From: a virus
Taxonomy: Duplodnaviria; Caudoviricetes
Virus record (IMG/VR): IMGVR_UViG_3300027969_000114
Span: 1 to 59,277 of that record
DNA: 59,277 bases
Direction: 5' to 3' (one strand)
Part shown: in pieces, positions 18,439 to 26,715 of the stretch
Position numbering within the stretch: the first letter of the stretch is position 1
How the letters are laid out: each line of letters opens with the position of its first letter
The notes under the pieces: model-generated
Told to the model about the DNA's origin: nothing
The model's input: only the letters and a program-made list of their open reading frames with translations
Databases searched by the model: none
Program-made: the position numbers and the translations under genes

Positions 18439-19262
18439 TTTTTATGCTTGGGGTCTAAAATACAAGGAGCGGTATTATTCCATTTTATAGAATGGTGTAA
18501 CCTTGTGTGGTTTGTATTCATCATTGAAACTTTAACTCCGCTAGGGTGCATTAAAACCGAATGAAAGGATTTTACATAAGTTCCGCTTAATGCGTATTCG
18601 TCGGTCATTCCTCCGTTGTTACTTTGTGTATCCTTTTGGTCTAATTGAATATTTGTAAAGGTAAAGAATATATCTCCCCTATTTCCCAAAGAAGTGTAGG
18701 TATTAACATCTTCGTTAATTGATCCTACAAATTGAAACTCTCGATCGGTAGAACATATAAACGAGTTCATACATTTACGCTTTAATTTAATCCCGCTAAA
18801 TCCTCCGATATGGTCTCCTCCCTGTGAGAATGCAATCGATTTAATATTTACGCTCTTATAAAAATCAAGCATTTTTTCAAATACGACATCTAAGTTAGTA
18901 ATTATTTTAGCTCCCGTATCGTAACGATAACCAAAGTAATAGTAGTCATCGTCGAGTTGCATAAAGTATTTAACTCCAATTTCTTTAGCTATTTTAAAGC
19001 AAGCGTTACGAGCGTGAATAATAACTTTACGATTATCGAAGTTATTTCCCTCGTCTACGGAATCAGCCATAGCTTTTTTATCAAATACTTTTACGCTTTC
19101 TTCTCCAAAGTTTGCGATATATTGATTTATGGATTTGTCCTCATTATCGACAATAAAATAAATCTTACCCGTATAACCGCATTTTTTTAAAGTTGAATAA
19201 GTCTTAACGTTATCGGGTCTTCCGTGCGTTAGTATAAATACGGCAAAATTATTGTTCTCCAT
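18435..19262 (-). CDS. GREB1-like/TET-associated (TAGT) glycosyltransferase, predicted DNA modification
   Basis: ILTHGRP, ARN, QLDDDY, NSF, NEDV and GG...Y..YVKS motifs of this GT-A clade. Confidence 0.75.
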   Translation of the reverse strand: MENNNFAVFILTHGRPDNVKTYSTLKKCGYTGKIYFIVDNEDKSINQYIANFGEESVKVFDKKAMADSVDEGNNFDNRKVIIHARNACFKIAKEIGVKYFMQLDDDYYYFGYRYDTGAKIITNLDVVFEKMLDFYKSVNIKSIAFSQGGDHIGGFSGIKLKRKCMNSFICSTDREFQFVGSINEDVNTYTSLGNRGDIFFTFTNIQLDQKDTQSNNGGMTDEYALSGTYVKSFHSVLMHPSGVKVSMMNTNHTRLHHSIKWNNTAPCILDPKHKK

Positions 19263-19650
19263 ATTCTTCTAGGTATTGCTTTCTAATCTCGTCGCATAAT
19301 TTTACGTAACCGTATTGAATTGCTTTTTCAAAGTCGATTATAACTAGACCGCTTTTCTCCATTAAGTTTTGCATTTCGCTAGAAGAGTGTGCGTAGTAAT
19401 CCGCAATTTTTTCGTAATTAAAAACGTTGTGTCTCCTTGAGGCATCCATTAAGAATAACTTTTCTTCGTAAGGAAGCGAGGAAGCTTCTATCTCTTTTAA
19501 TAATCTATGAGTCTTTTGTTTGTCGCATAGCTCCATAATATGGGGCTTAACATTTTTAGCTTCGTAGATCGGAGATTCTATTTTAGAAGAATACTTCTTA
19601 TCGTTTTCGTTTGGAGCAAACTCTTGCCCAAATAAGTTAATTTGTTTCAT
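19249..19650 (-). CDS. Partner protein of the TAGT glycosyltransferase, function unknown
   Basis: KI..PIYE, A.RH.VFNY.KIADYYAH, LVIIDF.KAI..G motifs; overlaps the GT gene; absent from B. Confidence 0.6.
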   Translation of the reverse strand: MKQINLFGQEFAPNENDKKYSSKIESPIYEAKNVKPHIMELCDKQKTHRLLKEIEASSLPYEEKLFLMDASRRHNVFNYEKIADYYAHSSSEMQNLMEKSGLVIIDFEKAIQYGYVKLCDEIRKQYLEEYGEQ

Positions 19651-20411
19651 TAGTCTATGGGTTTAATATTTCCATTTTCGTCGAGATATGCCTTAAAGTC
19701 TGCCAAATTTTCAACAAACTCCCGATAACATTGCGATTTACAAGCTATTATTAGTTGTTCTTTGTTATCAAATTTGTTTACAAATGAATTATAAATACGC
19801 TTTTTGTCTTCTACGCTAGTCTCGTAAATTTGAAATTTAACTATGTAATCGTAAAGAACGTGTAAACCTCCAGCTATCCAATTCATTTTAATATTGCGTT
19901 CGTGGCATCTAATCATTTCTTGCGAATACATATTAGCCGAGTTAATCGCTGCCATCTTTAAATCTGCGTCGCTAGGAATTTCTTGAGGTGCTTCTATCTC
20001 TTTTACTACGGTTATTGTTTCTTGTCTAGCGTAATCTATATAAGCCTTCATAATTCTTCCGAAGTATTCACAAGAAAAGTTTTCGTAACATTTTGCATCT
20101 ATTCCAAGTTTACCACTAACCGCCCATTCAAATGCTAATTTGATTTCTTCGGGTGTAACATTGCCAAAATTTGATCTAATAAAATTTAGTAACACAAATT
20201 TCTCTTCTTCGGTAGGCATATTGTTACCTCTAAGCCCTACTAAAACCATTGAATAACGTAAGACTTGCTTAATGTCTTCTTCTTGTCTTAAACGTAAGCT
20301 TTGGGTGCTTTGTGCTTGTAGTATGCTATTAGCTTCGGAGTTACCAATTTTTAAGGGCTTCCATTCTTGCTGCGCTAGTTCCGAGCGGTTGTTTGTCGTT
20401 TGAAGTTCCAT
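19650..20411 (-). CDS. Replication accessory protein (lambda P/helicase-loader position)
   Basis: Overlaps the initiator 3' end; EI.LAFE..V.GKL..CYENFS..Y..RIM.AY conserved with 50784..51542; function by position only. Confidence 0.5.
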   Translation of the reverse strand: MELQTTNNRSELAQQEWKPLKIGNSEANSILQAQSTQSLRLRQEEDIKQVLRYSMVLVGLRGNNMPTEEEKFVLLNFIRSNFGNVTPEEIKLAFEWAVSGKLGIDAKCYENFSCEYFGRIMKAYIDYARQETITVVKEIEAPQEIPSDADLKMAAINSANMYSQEMIRCHERNIKMNWIAGGLHVLYDYIVKFQIYETSVEDKKRIYNSFVNKFDNKEQLIIACKSQCYREFVENLADFKAYLDENGNIKPID

Positions 20412-21057
20412 ATTGTTGTTTAGAATAAATTGTTATTTCGTCGTTAAAGCATTTACCATTTAAATAAGTCAAAGGATTTTTTCGGTATTGAGAATCGGGG
20501 TTTGCATCAACATATTTTTTAACGCTTAAAGTTATTTTATTTATTTCTTCTAAAGTTAATTTATCAAAAATCTTTTCGCATTTAACTCTATCTATTTTCT
20601 TATTATAGGTTTCCCAGAAATACTCAAAATCTTCTATATTATTTACTTTACTTTCTTTTACTTTACTTTTATTTACTTTAGGAGCGTTACTAACGTGTTC
20701 GTTACGTGTTACATTTTCGCTAACTTGTTGATTTTCACGCCATTCCGCAATTCGTTTTGCGTTTTTTTCTTTTGAAACTTGATACTTTTGACTAAAGTTT
20801 AGTAATTGTTTGTTAAAAGTTTCACCATTATTTGTAGAAATCAAATCAATTTCTTCAATAAACTGCCAAACTTTCTCTAATTTCTTACCAACATTTAGCT
20901 GATGCTTTAAGACTTTTGTCTTTATAGGCTTTTCTTGCATTGCAAGCTTTTCCAATATGGTATAAAATAAACCCAAGCCTTCGTAACCATACTCTAGGTA
21001 AAGCTCCGTTATCTTCTCGTCATTAAAAGAACTCGAATCGTGTAGGTAGTATTTCAT
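20341..21057 (-). CDS. Replication initiator (Lin1244/DUF4373-like N-domain, lambda-O-like organisation)
   Basis: HD....D.KI..L...YG.EG.G.FY.ILE N-domain; KVNKSKVKESKVN linker; FE.FW..Y.KK..K..C and P.TYLN C-domain. Confidence 0.75.
   Translation of the reverse strand: MKYYLHDSSSFNDEKITELYLEYGYEGLGLFYTILEKLAMQEKPIKTKVLKHQLNVGKKLEKVWQFIEEIDLISTNNGETFNKQLLNFSQKYQVSKEKNAKRIAEWRENQQVSENVTRNEHVSNAPKVNKSKVKESKVNNIEDFEYFWETYNKKIDRVKCEKIFDKLTLEEINKITLSVKKYVDANPDSQYRKNPLTYLNGKCFNDEITIYSKQQYGTSNDKQPLGTSAARMEALKNW
20641..20713. repeat. Putative origin A inside the initiator gene
   Basis: ACGTGTT at 20693 and 20704 (11-bp period), GTTAC x3, adjacent TTTAC-repeat AT tract. Confidence 0.45.
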
Positions 21058-21065
21058 TTTGAAAT

Positions 21066-21149
21066 AAAAAAAGCCAGTCTGCGTAGGAGTGCAAATCTGG
21101 CTTTGGTTTTTTAACCCTAAAATAACCGAAGAACTCCTACCCCCTTCGC
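21066..21149 (-). ncRNA. Structured cis-regulatory leader RNA of the initiator (complementary loops plus terminator)
   Basis: Hairpin loop GUAGGAGU is complementary to loop ACUCCUAC of a U7-tailed hairpin; stems covary with 52167..52252. Confidence 0.75.
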
Positions 21150-21173
21150 TTATTGTTTCGCAATATAAATAAA

Positions 21174-21440
21174 TTATCTATTCTTGCATAATCTTTTTTC
21201 AAAGATTCCAAAAAAATGCGGAAAATCTTGCTCAAACTTTCTAGCATAATCAGCGGTAAAATTATTGTTTACCTTAAATTGATCGTTGCGTTTAATTTTA
21301 GATTCCCATCTTATTCTTTCAAAAACCGATTTAGCTCCTACTTTAGTTTGTCCAGCCTCTACCATTTCGTGAGTATAGTAAACAAACTCTTTATAAATTC
21401 TAGGATTTCTTTCTTGATATTGTTCGAACGTTTCTTTCAT
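21174..21440 (-). CDS. Conserved phage hypothetical protein
   Basis: NP.IY..F, ERIRW, FKVNNN.TADYARKF; homolog 52277..52546. Confidence 0.75.
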   Translation of the reverse strand: MKETFEQYQERNPRIYKEFVYYTHEMVEAGQTKVGAKSVFERIRWESKIKRNDQFKVNNNFTADYARKFEQDFPHFFGIFEKRLCKNR

Positions 21441-21528
21441 CTTGTCGTATAAGTTTTAGTTTTATGTAATTCTTATTTAGCTCTTTTGCTAAATGTGCTT
21501 GCCATTGATTAAAGGTTATCTTTTCCAT
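21400..21528 (-). CDS. 42-aa micro-ORF (MEKITFNQWQAHLA...)
   Basis: Fills a gap; homolog MKLTFNQWQTHLA starts at 52631. Confidence 0.6.
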   Translation of the reverse strand: MEKITFNQWQAHLAKELNKNYIKLKLIRQDERNVRTISRKKS

Positions 21529-21529
21529 T

Positions 21530-21718
21530 TTAATTAGTATTTATTAACGCATCTTGCACCGCTTCCCAATAGTCTAAATCTTCGCCTAGAGTAACTCCTA
21601 CAAGTAAATCGATATGAAGTATTGCGGAGGCTATTGCTTCTTCTTTGCTTTTCTTTGATCTAACTTGAGCGTTAGTAAAATGTTTAATTAGCTCGGTAGC
21701 TTTTTGCTTTGGTGTCAT
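21530..21718 (-). CDS. Small protein, MTPK.KA..L...YW type
   Basis: Positional homolog 52636..52863. Confidence 0.7.
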   Translation of the reverse strand: MTPKQKATELIKHFTNAQVRSKKSKEEAIASAILHIDLLVGVTLGEDLDYWEAVQDALINTN

Positions 21719-22091
21719 TTGCGTAAGGGTTAGTAATAGTTAAATATTTAAATGCTCTTATATTTTCTTCGTCATTATCGGGAGAAACTATGTAAGGATA
21801 TTTAGAATTTTGAATATAATGAATAAAATGATTTATATCCCATTTATCATCATTGTCATCTCTTACCCAAACTATATCTCCTTGATTTGGAGATTTTTCG
21901 GGTTCTTCTTGGCTAAATCCTTCAAAGGTATATTCCGTAAAAGATAATAATCTAGTTTCAAATATTAGAATTGGCTTATCATCATTTATAAATTTAATAG
22001 CAAAATGAGATATAGATTCGTCTATTATAACTCCCCATCCATAACAAATATGGTAAACTTTATCTTCGATTTTAAATATTTTCTCGTTCAT
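21684..22091 (-). CDS. Hypothetical protein (A-specific at this slot)
   Basis: FK..DKVY...YGWG.I, LSFTEYT..GFSQE; replaced by 52860..53114 in B. Confidence 0.65.
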   Translation of the reverse strand: MNEKIFKIEDKVYHICYGWGVIIDESISHFAIKFINDDKPILIFETRLLSFTEYTFEGFSQEEPEKSPNQGDIVWVRDDNDDKWDINHFIHYIQNSKYPYIVSPDNDEENIRAFKYLTITNPYANDTKAKSYRAN

Positions 22092-22266
22092 ATTCTTCCA
22101 TTATAAGTTTGATTTCTTCCATTACTTCGGGGTAATTAACTTTACCGTAAACCGTTTGTTGGATTATCGGTAAGCTCCACTCCCTTGCGCTAAAGGGTTG
22201 AATCCCCTTAGCGTTTAATCGATCAGCACATAGCTGATATAAATTCATTTTTTTGATCCTTTGCAT
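22072..22266 (-). CDS. Small protein, possible HTH
   Basis: ADRLN.KGI.PFSAREWS conserved with 53131..53328. Confidence 0.7.
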   Translation of the reverse strand: MQRIKKMNLYQLCADRLNAKGIQPFSAREWSLPIIQQTVYGKVNYPEVMEEIKLIMEEYERENI

Positions 22267-22271
22267 TTTTT

Positions 22272-22601
22272 CTAATTAAAATTTTTATAAGGTTGTGAGC
22301 CTATTACTTTTAAACCTTCCATTAATCGTTCATCACAATACCTAGTATAATCTTCGCTATTTGCAAAGTGTTGAACCGTTGAATAGTACCCACCTCGTTC
22401 GCCTTTTAAATCAAGCTTTAATACTTGTGGATAAACTTCTATCAATTGTTTAACTGGCTCTTCGGATATTAATTCAAATCCACTTTTTACCCATTCTTTG
22501 ATAAACGAATCATAATCCGATTCGGTATCAAGGTTTTTAGTAACCTTCCAAGTATTAGCTGGAGCTTTAAAAAACGTAAATGTTAGGTCTTGCTTATACA
22601 T
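22272..22601 (-). CDS. Hypothetical protein with two internal repeat units
   Basis: Homolog 53315..53671. Confidence 0.7.
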   Translation of the reverse strand: MYKQDLTFTFFKAPANTWKVTKNLDTESDYDSFIKEWVKSGFELISEEPVKQLIEVYPQVLKLDLKGERGGYYSTVQHFANSEDYTRYCDERLMEGLKVIGSQPYKNFN

Positions 22602-22602
22602 A

Positions 22603-22905
22603 TTAAAAAGGTAAATCTTTAGAAATTTCTTGAGCTATTGGATTTGGAATTTCGGGGGCATTTTGGCGAGGTAAATCCGAATCATAGATAACCTTTCCAT
22701 TACCAATATAAACTTTTGGAGTTTTTGCTTCCCGCTCTTCTTTTGTTTGTGATATCCAAATAGAAGCATTGTTTCCGTATTGGTCGGGAGTGTCGTTTAA
22801 AGAGATGGTAATATTTACCGATTCTTCGTTAGTACGTTTGTTCGTGTAGTGAACCAAGCCATTTAATTTAGACTTGTTAATTTGTGAGTTAATTAGCTTT
22901 CCCAT
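22603..22905 (-). CDS. Putative single-stranded DNA-binding protein
   Basis: Follows ERF; DQYGN, SQTKEER, YIGNGK motifs; C-terminal DLPF. Confidence 0.65.
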   Translation of the reverse strand: MGKLINSQINKSKLNGLVHYTNKRTNEESVNITISLNDTPDQYGNNASIWISQTKEEREAKTPKVYIGNGKVIYDSDLPRQNAPEIPNPIAQEISKDLPF

Positions 22906-22906
22906 T

Positions 22907-23428
22907 TTATTTATTGATTTGTTGTTTACGAGTTTTGAATGCTTCTAAGTCGCTAGGAGTTAGTGAGCTTTTAAATGTATTGTAAAGTATTCCTAGTTCG
23001 TCTTCGGTATGTACGTTAGGTAACATATCTAAGCGAAACTTTGGCGATTGTGCTACCGTTACACTTGATCCCGAAGCATCCGTATCCTTGTCTGTCACTA
23101 ACCCAAGCATCGAGCTTAAAGCGTATCTTCTGAAGTACGTTACACCCGATCCGTAGCTCTGATATTCGTTCATAGCTCCCAACTTTACAAGCGGTATAGT
23201 AGTAAAGCTTTCTAGTTGTTCTCCACTCTCTACGTGGAAAAGAATAGTCTTAATCCCGTTGTCTTGTAATAGTTGAGTAAAACAAAGCTTATGCTTTTTA
23301 AGTAGCGGATTAATAACGCTAAAGATTTGAGGTAAGTCCGCATAGGTGTAGTTATGCCCCTTAGTGTCCTTGTGAATAATCGGGCATTCGTTTTGAAAAT
23401 CCGATAGTGCTTTAATTAAGTTTTTCAT
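22907..23428 (-). CDS. erf: ERF-family single-strand annealing recombinase
   Basis: Y.YADL, Q..GS..TY.RRYAL..LGL..D.D.D motif. Confidence 0.9.
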   Translation of the reverse strand: MKNLIKALSDFQNECPIIHKDTKGHNYTYADLPQIFSVINPLLKKHKLCFTQLLQDNGIKTILFHVESGEQLESFTTIPLVKLGAMNEYQSYGSGVTYFRRYALSSMLGLVTDKDTDASGSSVTVAQSPKFRLDMLPNVHTEDELGILYNTFKSSLTPSDLEAFKTRKQQINK

Positions 23429-23573
23429 TTGAAATTATGTTTACAAGTTTAGAATTTGATTTGTAGCATTCGCTTTGTATTAAGTCCTTGACTTCCCAAA
23501 GGTTTGCATCGTACGACCAAGTCATAGTATATAAACCCGCTTGGTCTTGGAATTGTGCTTTTAAAACTTTCAT
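23412..23573 (-). CDS. 53-aa early micro-ORF
   Basis: MKVLKAQFQDQAGLYTMTWSYD; homolog 54713..54886. Confidence 0.7.
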   Translation of the reverse strand: MKVLKAQFQDQAGLYTMTWSYDANLWEVKDLIQSECYKSNSKLVNIISNEKLN

Positions 23574-23680
23574 AGCCCTTGAACGATATAAAGAACTTGG
23601 AAGATAATACCTACGAATGTAGCGACTAAGACTAACTCCGTTAAATCTTGTTTGTCAAAATTTTTAATGTAATCTCTCAT
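23570..23680 (-). CDS. 36-aa single-TM early membrane peptide
   Basis: MRDYIKNFDKQDLTELVLVATFVGIIFQVLYIVQGL; near-identical at 54883..54993. Confidence 0.75.
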   Translation of the reverse strand: MRDYIKNFDKQDLTELVLVATFVGIIFQVLYIVQGL

Positions 23681-23719
23681 TTTTTTGTTGTTTAGAATTA
23701 ATTACCCTTTTTGTTGAAA

Positions 23720-23727
23720 CAAAGATA
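23720..23727 (-). promoter_or_regulatory. Early promoter, sigma-A -7 element TATCTTTG
   Basis: Perfect TAnnTTTG at the head of the early operon. Confidence 0.65.
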
Positions 23728-23826
23728 TGAGGTTTAACCCAATAAAAAAAATTCTTTTTTAAATTTATTTATCTAACGGTCAATTATTTTTATTTATTGT
23801 CACACATTTATATAAAATTGTGACAC

Positions 23827-23860
23827 AAAAAAGCCCTAAGACATTATCCTAGAGCTTTTT
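23827..23860 (-). terminator. Terminator ending the late/lysis transcript
   Basis: GCTCTAGGA/TCTTAGGGC stem plus T6; syntenic hairpin at 56169..56201. Confidence 0.75.
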
Positions 23861-23903
23861 ACACACAATTCTAAACCTATAACACTATGAAAAACAATCT
23901 AAT

Positions 23904-24893
23904 TTACACTATTCTACCATCTTTTATCATAATATTGGAAACTTTTGTTTTACCATTATTGATTTCTACCAATCCGAATCCGTGATTATGTTGAGCAAAA
24001 GGATAATACTTAGGGGATAGTTGAGTTAAACAACCCATTGAGTAAGTATGAAAGAACTCTTTAAAGCCATTCTTTTTAGTTGTGCTTGTCGTTCTATGAA
24101 CGTGACCTATGATCGTGTTACAAAACGTTTTGTTAAACGTAGATTGGCTAGGATTCATCCCGCCAGCCATAACCTCGTGTCCGTGTAGTAATAGCAAGTC
24201 GGCTATTTCCATACCTTGCCAATCGGGAACGTAAGTAATATTAAGCTTATCTAATCTAAAGAATTGCTCGAATTGCATCTCGTGTAATTGCGCAAACTCT
24301 TCCGCTTGATCGTTAAGATATCTTTGCCATCTATTCTCGTGGTTTCCCATCTTATAATAGATAGGAATTAAAGGAAAAATATCTCTTATCTTTTGTAAAA
24401 AATTTCGCCCCATCTCGATTTCACGAGGGAAGTCCCTCATATCTTTTTCCTTTTCGTGTCTACTTATTGCGTAGCAGTCTAGGACATCTCCTAGCAGAAT
24501 TAGACAATCGATTTTTTCTTCTCTTAAATGTTTAATTGCACAAGTCAAAGCCTCTAAAGAATGATAAGGAACGTGAATATCTGAAAGGATTCCTACCTTC
24601 TTAAAGTCATCCGTAAGCTTTAGGCTAGTATATTCTTTACCTAAGCTTTGCTCTATTCCGAAATTATCTACTTCGCTAAGGTCGAACGATTCTATTACCG
24701 CACTTGGTCGATTTTTTTTAAAATGCTCCGAGCGGTTGCTTACCGTAATACCCATTCTAGTTAAATGCCTATGAAAGTTTTCTTGAGATTCAAAGCCATA
24801 GCTTGCAAAGTTCTCACGTTCAAAGTCTACCCGAGTTAAATTGACCGAAAAGAAATGGTCTTTAATAGCTTGCGCCTTTTTATTTAATTGCAT
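23904..24893 (-). CDS. Calcineurin-like metallophosphoesterase
   Basis: SDIH, GD, GNHE, HGH and GHVH motifs. Confidence 0.9.
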   Translation of the reverse strand: MQLNKKAQAIKDHFFSVNLTRVDFERENFASYGFESQENFHRHLTRMGITVSNRSEHFKKNRPSAVIESFDLSEVDNFGIEQSLGKEYTSLKLTDDFKKVGILSDIHVPYHSLEALTCAIKHLREEKIDCLILLGDVLDCYAISRHEKEKDMRDFPREIEMGRNFLQKIRDIFPLIPIYYKMGNHENRWQRYLNDQAEEFAQLHEMQFEQFFRLDKLNITYVPDWQGMEIADLLLLHGHEVMAGGMNPSQSTFNKTFCNTIIGHVHRTTSTTKKNGFKEFFHTYSMGCLTQLSPKYYPFAQHNHGFGLVEINNGKTKVSNIMIKDGRIV

Positions 24894-25335
24894 TTAATCC
24901 GAATTTAAGATACAAATAAGCTACCAAAGCTATTAACTCAATAAGTAATAACCAAACTACCCACATAGGAACTCGGTACTTAATAACTTCTTTGTCTCGG
25001 TATTCAATCCATTTTACCTTTGAGTTACGATAGTTATTCTCTATCTCGTTTCTCATTGAATCAATATCGATTTGAGCTTGAATATTGCCACCTACGGAAC
25101 GAATTATAACCTTCCCTTGTGGTAGGACTAATTTACTATAAAAGTTGCTTAAAAGCCCACTTGAGTCGCAAGGGTTTACGATAGTTAAAGTATCGTGAAT
25201 AGCCCTAAACTTTTCGACTATTTTCACGCTTTGTATAGTATCGATTCTGAGGACTTCTTTATACTCAGTAATAGATTTACTAGGCTTGCAAGATAAGAAT
25301 CCAACACAAGCCAAAAGAATAAGGAATTTTTGCAT
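24880..25335 (-). CDS. Putative unimolecular spanin
   Basis: N-terminal lipoprotein signal (..FLSC) plus C-terminal TM helix; follows the endolysin. Confidence 0.7.
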   Translation of the reverse strand: MQKFLILLACVGFLSCKPSKSITEYKEVLRIDTIQSVKIVEKFRAIHDTLTIVNPCDSSGLLSNFYSKLVLPQGKVIIRSVGGNIQAQIDIDSMRNEIENNYRNSKVKWIEYRDKEVIKYRVPMWVVWLLLIELIALVAYLYLKFGLNAIK

Positions 25336-25337
25336 AT

Positions 25338-25793
25338 CTATGAGAAATAAAGGTTAGCCTCAGCTTGTCTTCTTAAAGTTAATCCTTTTAAGACAGTTCC
25401 ATTAGCTTTGTTCCATTTCATAAACTCATCTGCTATGGTTACATCTAATGGATTAGCGTTTACCTTTTTGATTAAGGTAGATTTTTGTAAGTTACCATTG
25501 CCTAGATTATAAGCAAAAGAAGTGAGTGCATCGAAGTTCCCTTGAGATATGTCATCACGGCAAAATGAATCAACCGCTTTCTCATACGTTACCAATAAAA
25601 ATTTAAGTAGTTCTTCAGCTTTCTCTTTTGTAATAGGAGTATCTGTTAATTTAACTTTTGTTCCATCTGGGTAATATGTATTACCAAAACCGATTGTAGG
25701 AATCGAGGCTGGACAAAGGTACGGCTTGAGTTTCAATCCCTCAAACTGCTTTATTAGGTCGAGACCTTTTTGGCTTAACTTCGTTATTTTCAT
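25338..25793 (-). CDS. Endolysin, GH24 phage lysozyme
   Basis: FEG...PYLCP...PTIGFG, FDAL.SF.YN.G, GL..RR.AE; start set from the B homolog. Confidence 0.93.
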   Translation of the reverse strand: MKITKLSQKGLDLIKQFEGLKLKPYLCPASIPTIGFGNTYYPDGTKVKLTDTPITKEKAEELLKFLLVTYEKAVDSFCRDDISQGNFDALTSFAYNLGNGNLQKSTLIKKVNANPLDVTIADEFMKWNKANGTVLKGLTLRRQAEANLYFS

Positions 25794-26067
25794 CTGTAAT
25801 ATTAAGTTTAGATTTAAGTACACTATTTTCGCTTTTTAGGCTATGTACTTCGGCAGTCAAGATATCTATTTTATCACTTAATTCTTTTACTTTATCGCTC
25901 ATATCTTGCGCCATCTCTCGCCAAATTTTAATTGCTGCTTCGGTATTCGACAACTCCCCACCTTGTAAATCTACTTTCTCTTTTTTGCGTGTGCTAAAAT
26001 AAGTTGCAATTGATGCAATTAAAGCCGTAAGAATATTAGTAAACCAGTCGGGTAGGGAGTTAAGCAC
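25741..26067 (-). CDS. Putative holin-like protein
   Basis: N-terminal TM segment plus coiled coil; directly upstream of the endolysin. Confidence 0.5.
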   Translation of the reverse strand: MLNSLPDWFTNILTALIASIATYFSTRKKEKVDLQGGELSNTEAAIKIWREMAQDMSDKVKELSDKIDILTAEVHSLKSENSVLKSKLNITDENNEVKPKRSRPNKAV

Positions 26068-26069
26068 CG

Positions 26070-26339
26070 TTAATCTTTTTTAAGTTTGTGTAAAATTTGA
26101 GCCTTTGCGATAATAGCGAAGTTTTCGTTATCCTTTACAAAGTTTTTAAACGTTTCTTGGTCGCTAGAATCTAAGTCTAATTCTTCTCCTTTATTAAGAG
26201 CTAAAGCCCACTCCCAGAATTTAAGTGCATCGCCCTTAGATTGTTGAACAAGTGAGTTAGCGACAAGCTTACCAGCGTTAGCGTTTTCAATGGCTTTGCC
26301 ATCTAAATCTACTAGGTTAAAGTTTAAATCTATTTTCAT
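26070..26339 (-). CDS. Conserved late hypothetical protein
   Basis: Behind a late promoter; near-identical to 58417..58686. Confidence 0.75.
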   Translation of the reverse strand: MKIDLNFNLVDLDGKAIENANAGKLVANSLVQQSKGDALKFWEWALALNKGEELDLDSSDQETFKNFVKDNENFAIIAKAQILHKLKKD

Positions 26340-26359
26340 TCTTTTGTTGTTTATTTCAC

Positions 26360-26385
26360 TATAAACGCAATTAGATATTTTTTGT
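26360..26385 (-). promoter_or_regulatory. Phage late promoter for the lysis operon
   Basis: ACAA-N14-CGTTTATA, 20 nt upstream of the ATG at 26339. Confidence 0.75.
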
Positions 26386-26393
26386 TTCTAAAT

Positions 26394-26714
26394 TTAGAAA
26401 GGCAAAGGATAAGCTACAATCTCAGGATACAAAAAGTTTTGAATTTGAGCATCCAAGTTAGCTTCGATTGCCTCGCAGTCTAGTAAAGCCGTAAGCCAAG
26501 ATTCGACCATTTCTTTAGTGACCTCATCGTAAGGAGTGAAGCTTGCTTCGTGTGGTGCATCTACTTTTAATAAATTATAATAGTCTGCCGTAAAATGAAT
26601 GACATCTTCTTCGTATTGCTTTTGCGCTCTGTAATGAATTGTGCTAATTACTTTGTCCATTCCGTCAATGGAAGGGATAGAGTCTAATTGAGATATTACC
26701 CAGTTGAATGCCAT
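26394..26714 (-). CDS. Fibre-associated small acidic protein
   Basis: W.I..L, FTPYDEVT.E.V..W motif; directly after the fibre gene. Confidence 0.65.
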   Translation of the reverse strand: MAFNWVISQLDSIPSIDGMDKVISTIHYRAQKQYEEDVIHFTADYYNLLKVDAPHEASFTPYDEVTKEMVESWLTALLDCEAIEANLDAQIQNFLYPEIVAYPLPF

Positions 26715-26715
26715 A

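Noticed and set aside
21066-21149. tRNA or CRISPR repeat interpretation of the structured leader
   Set aside because: No acceptor stem or T-loop consensus, and only one copy per genome with no spacers.
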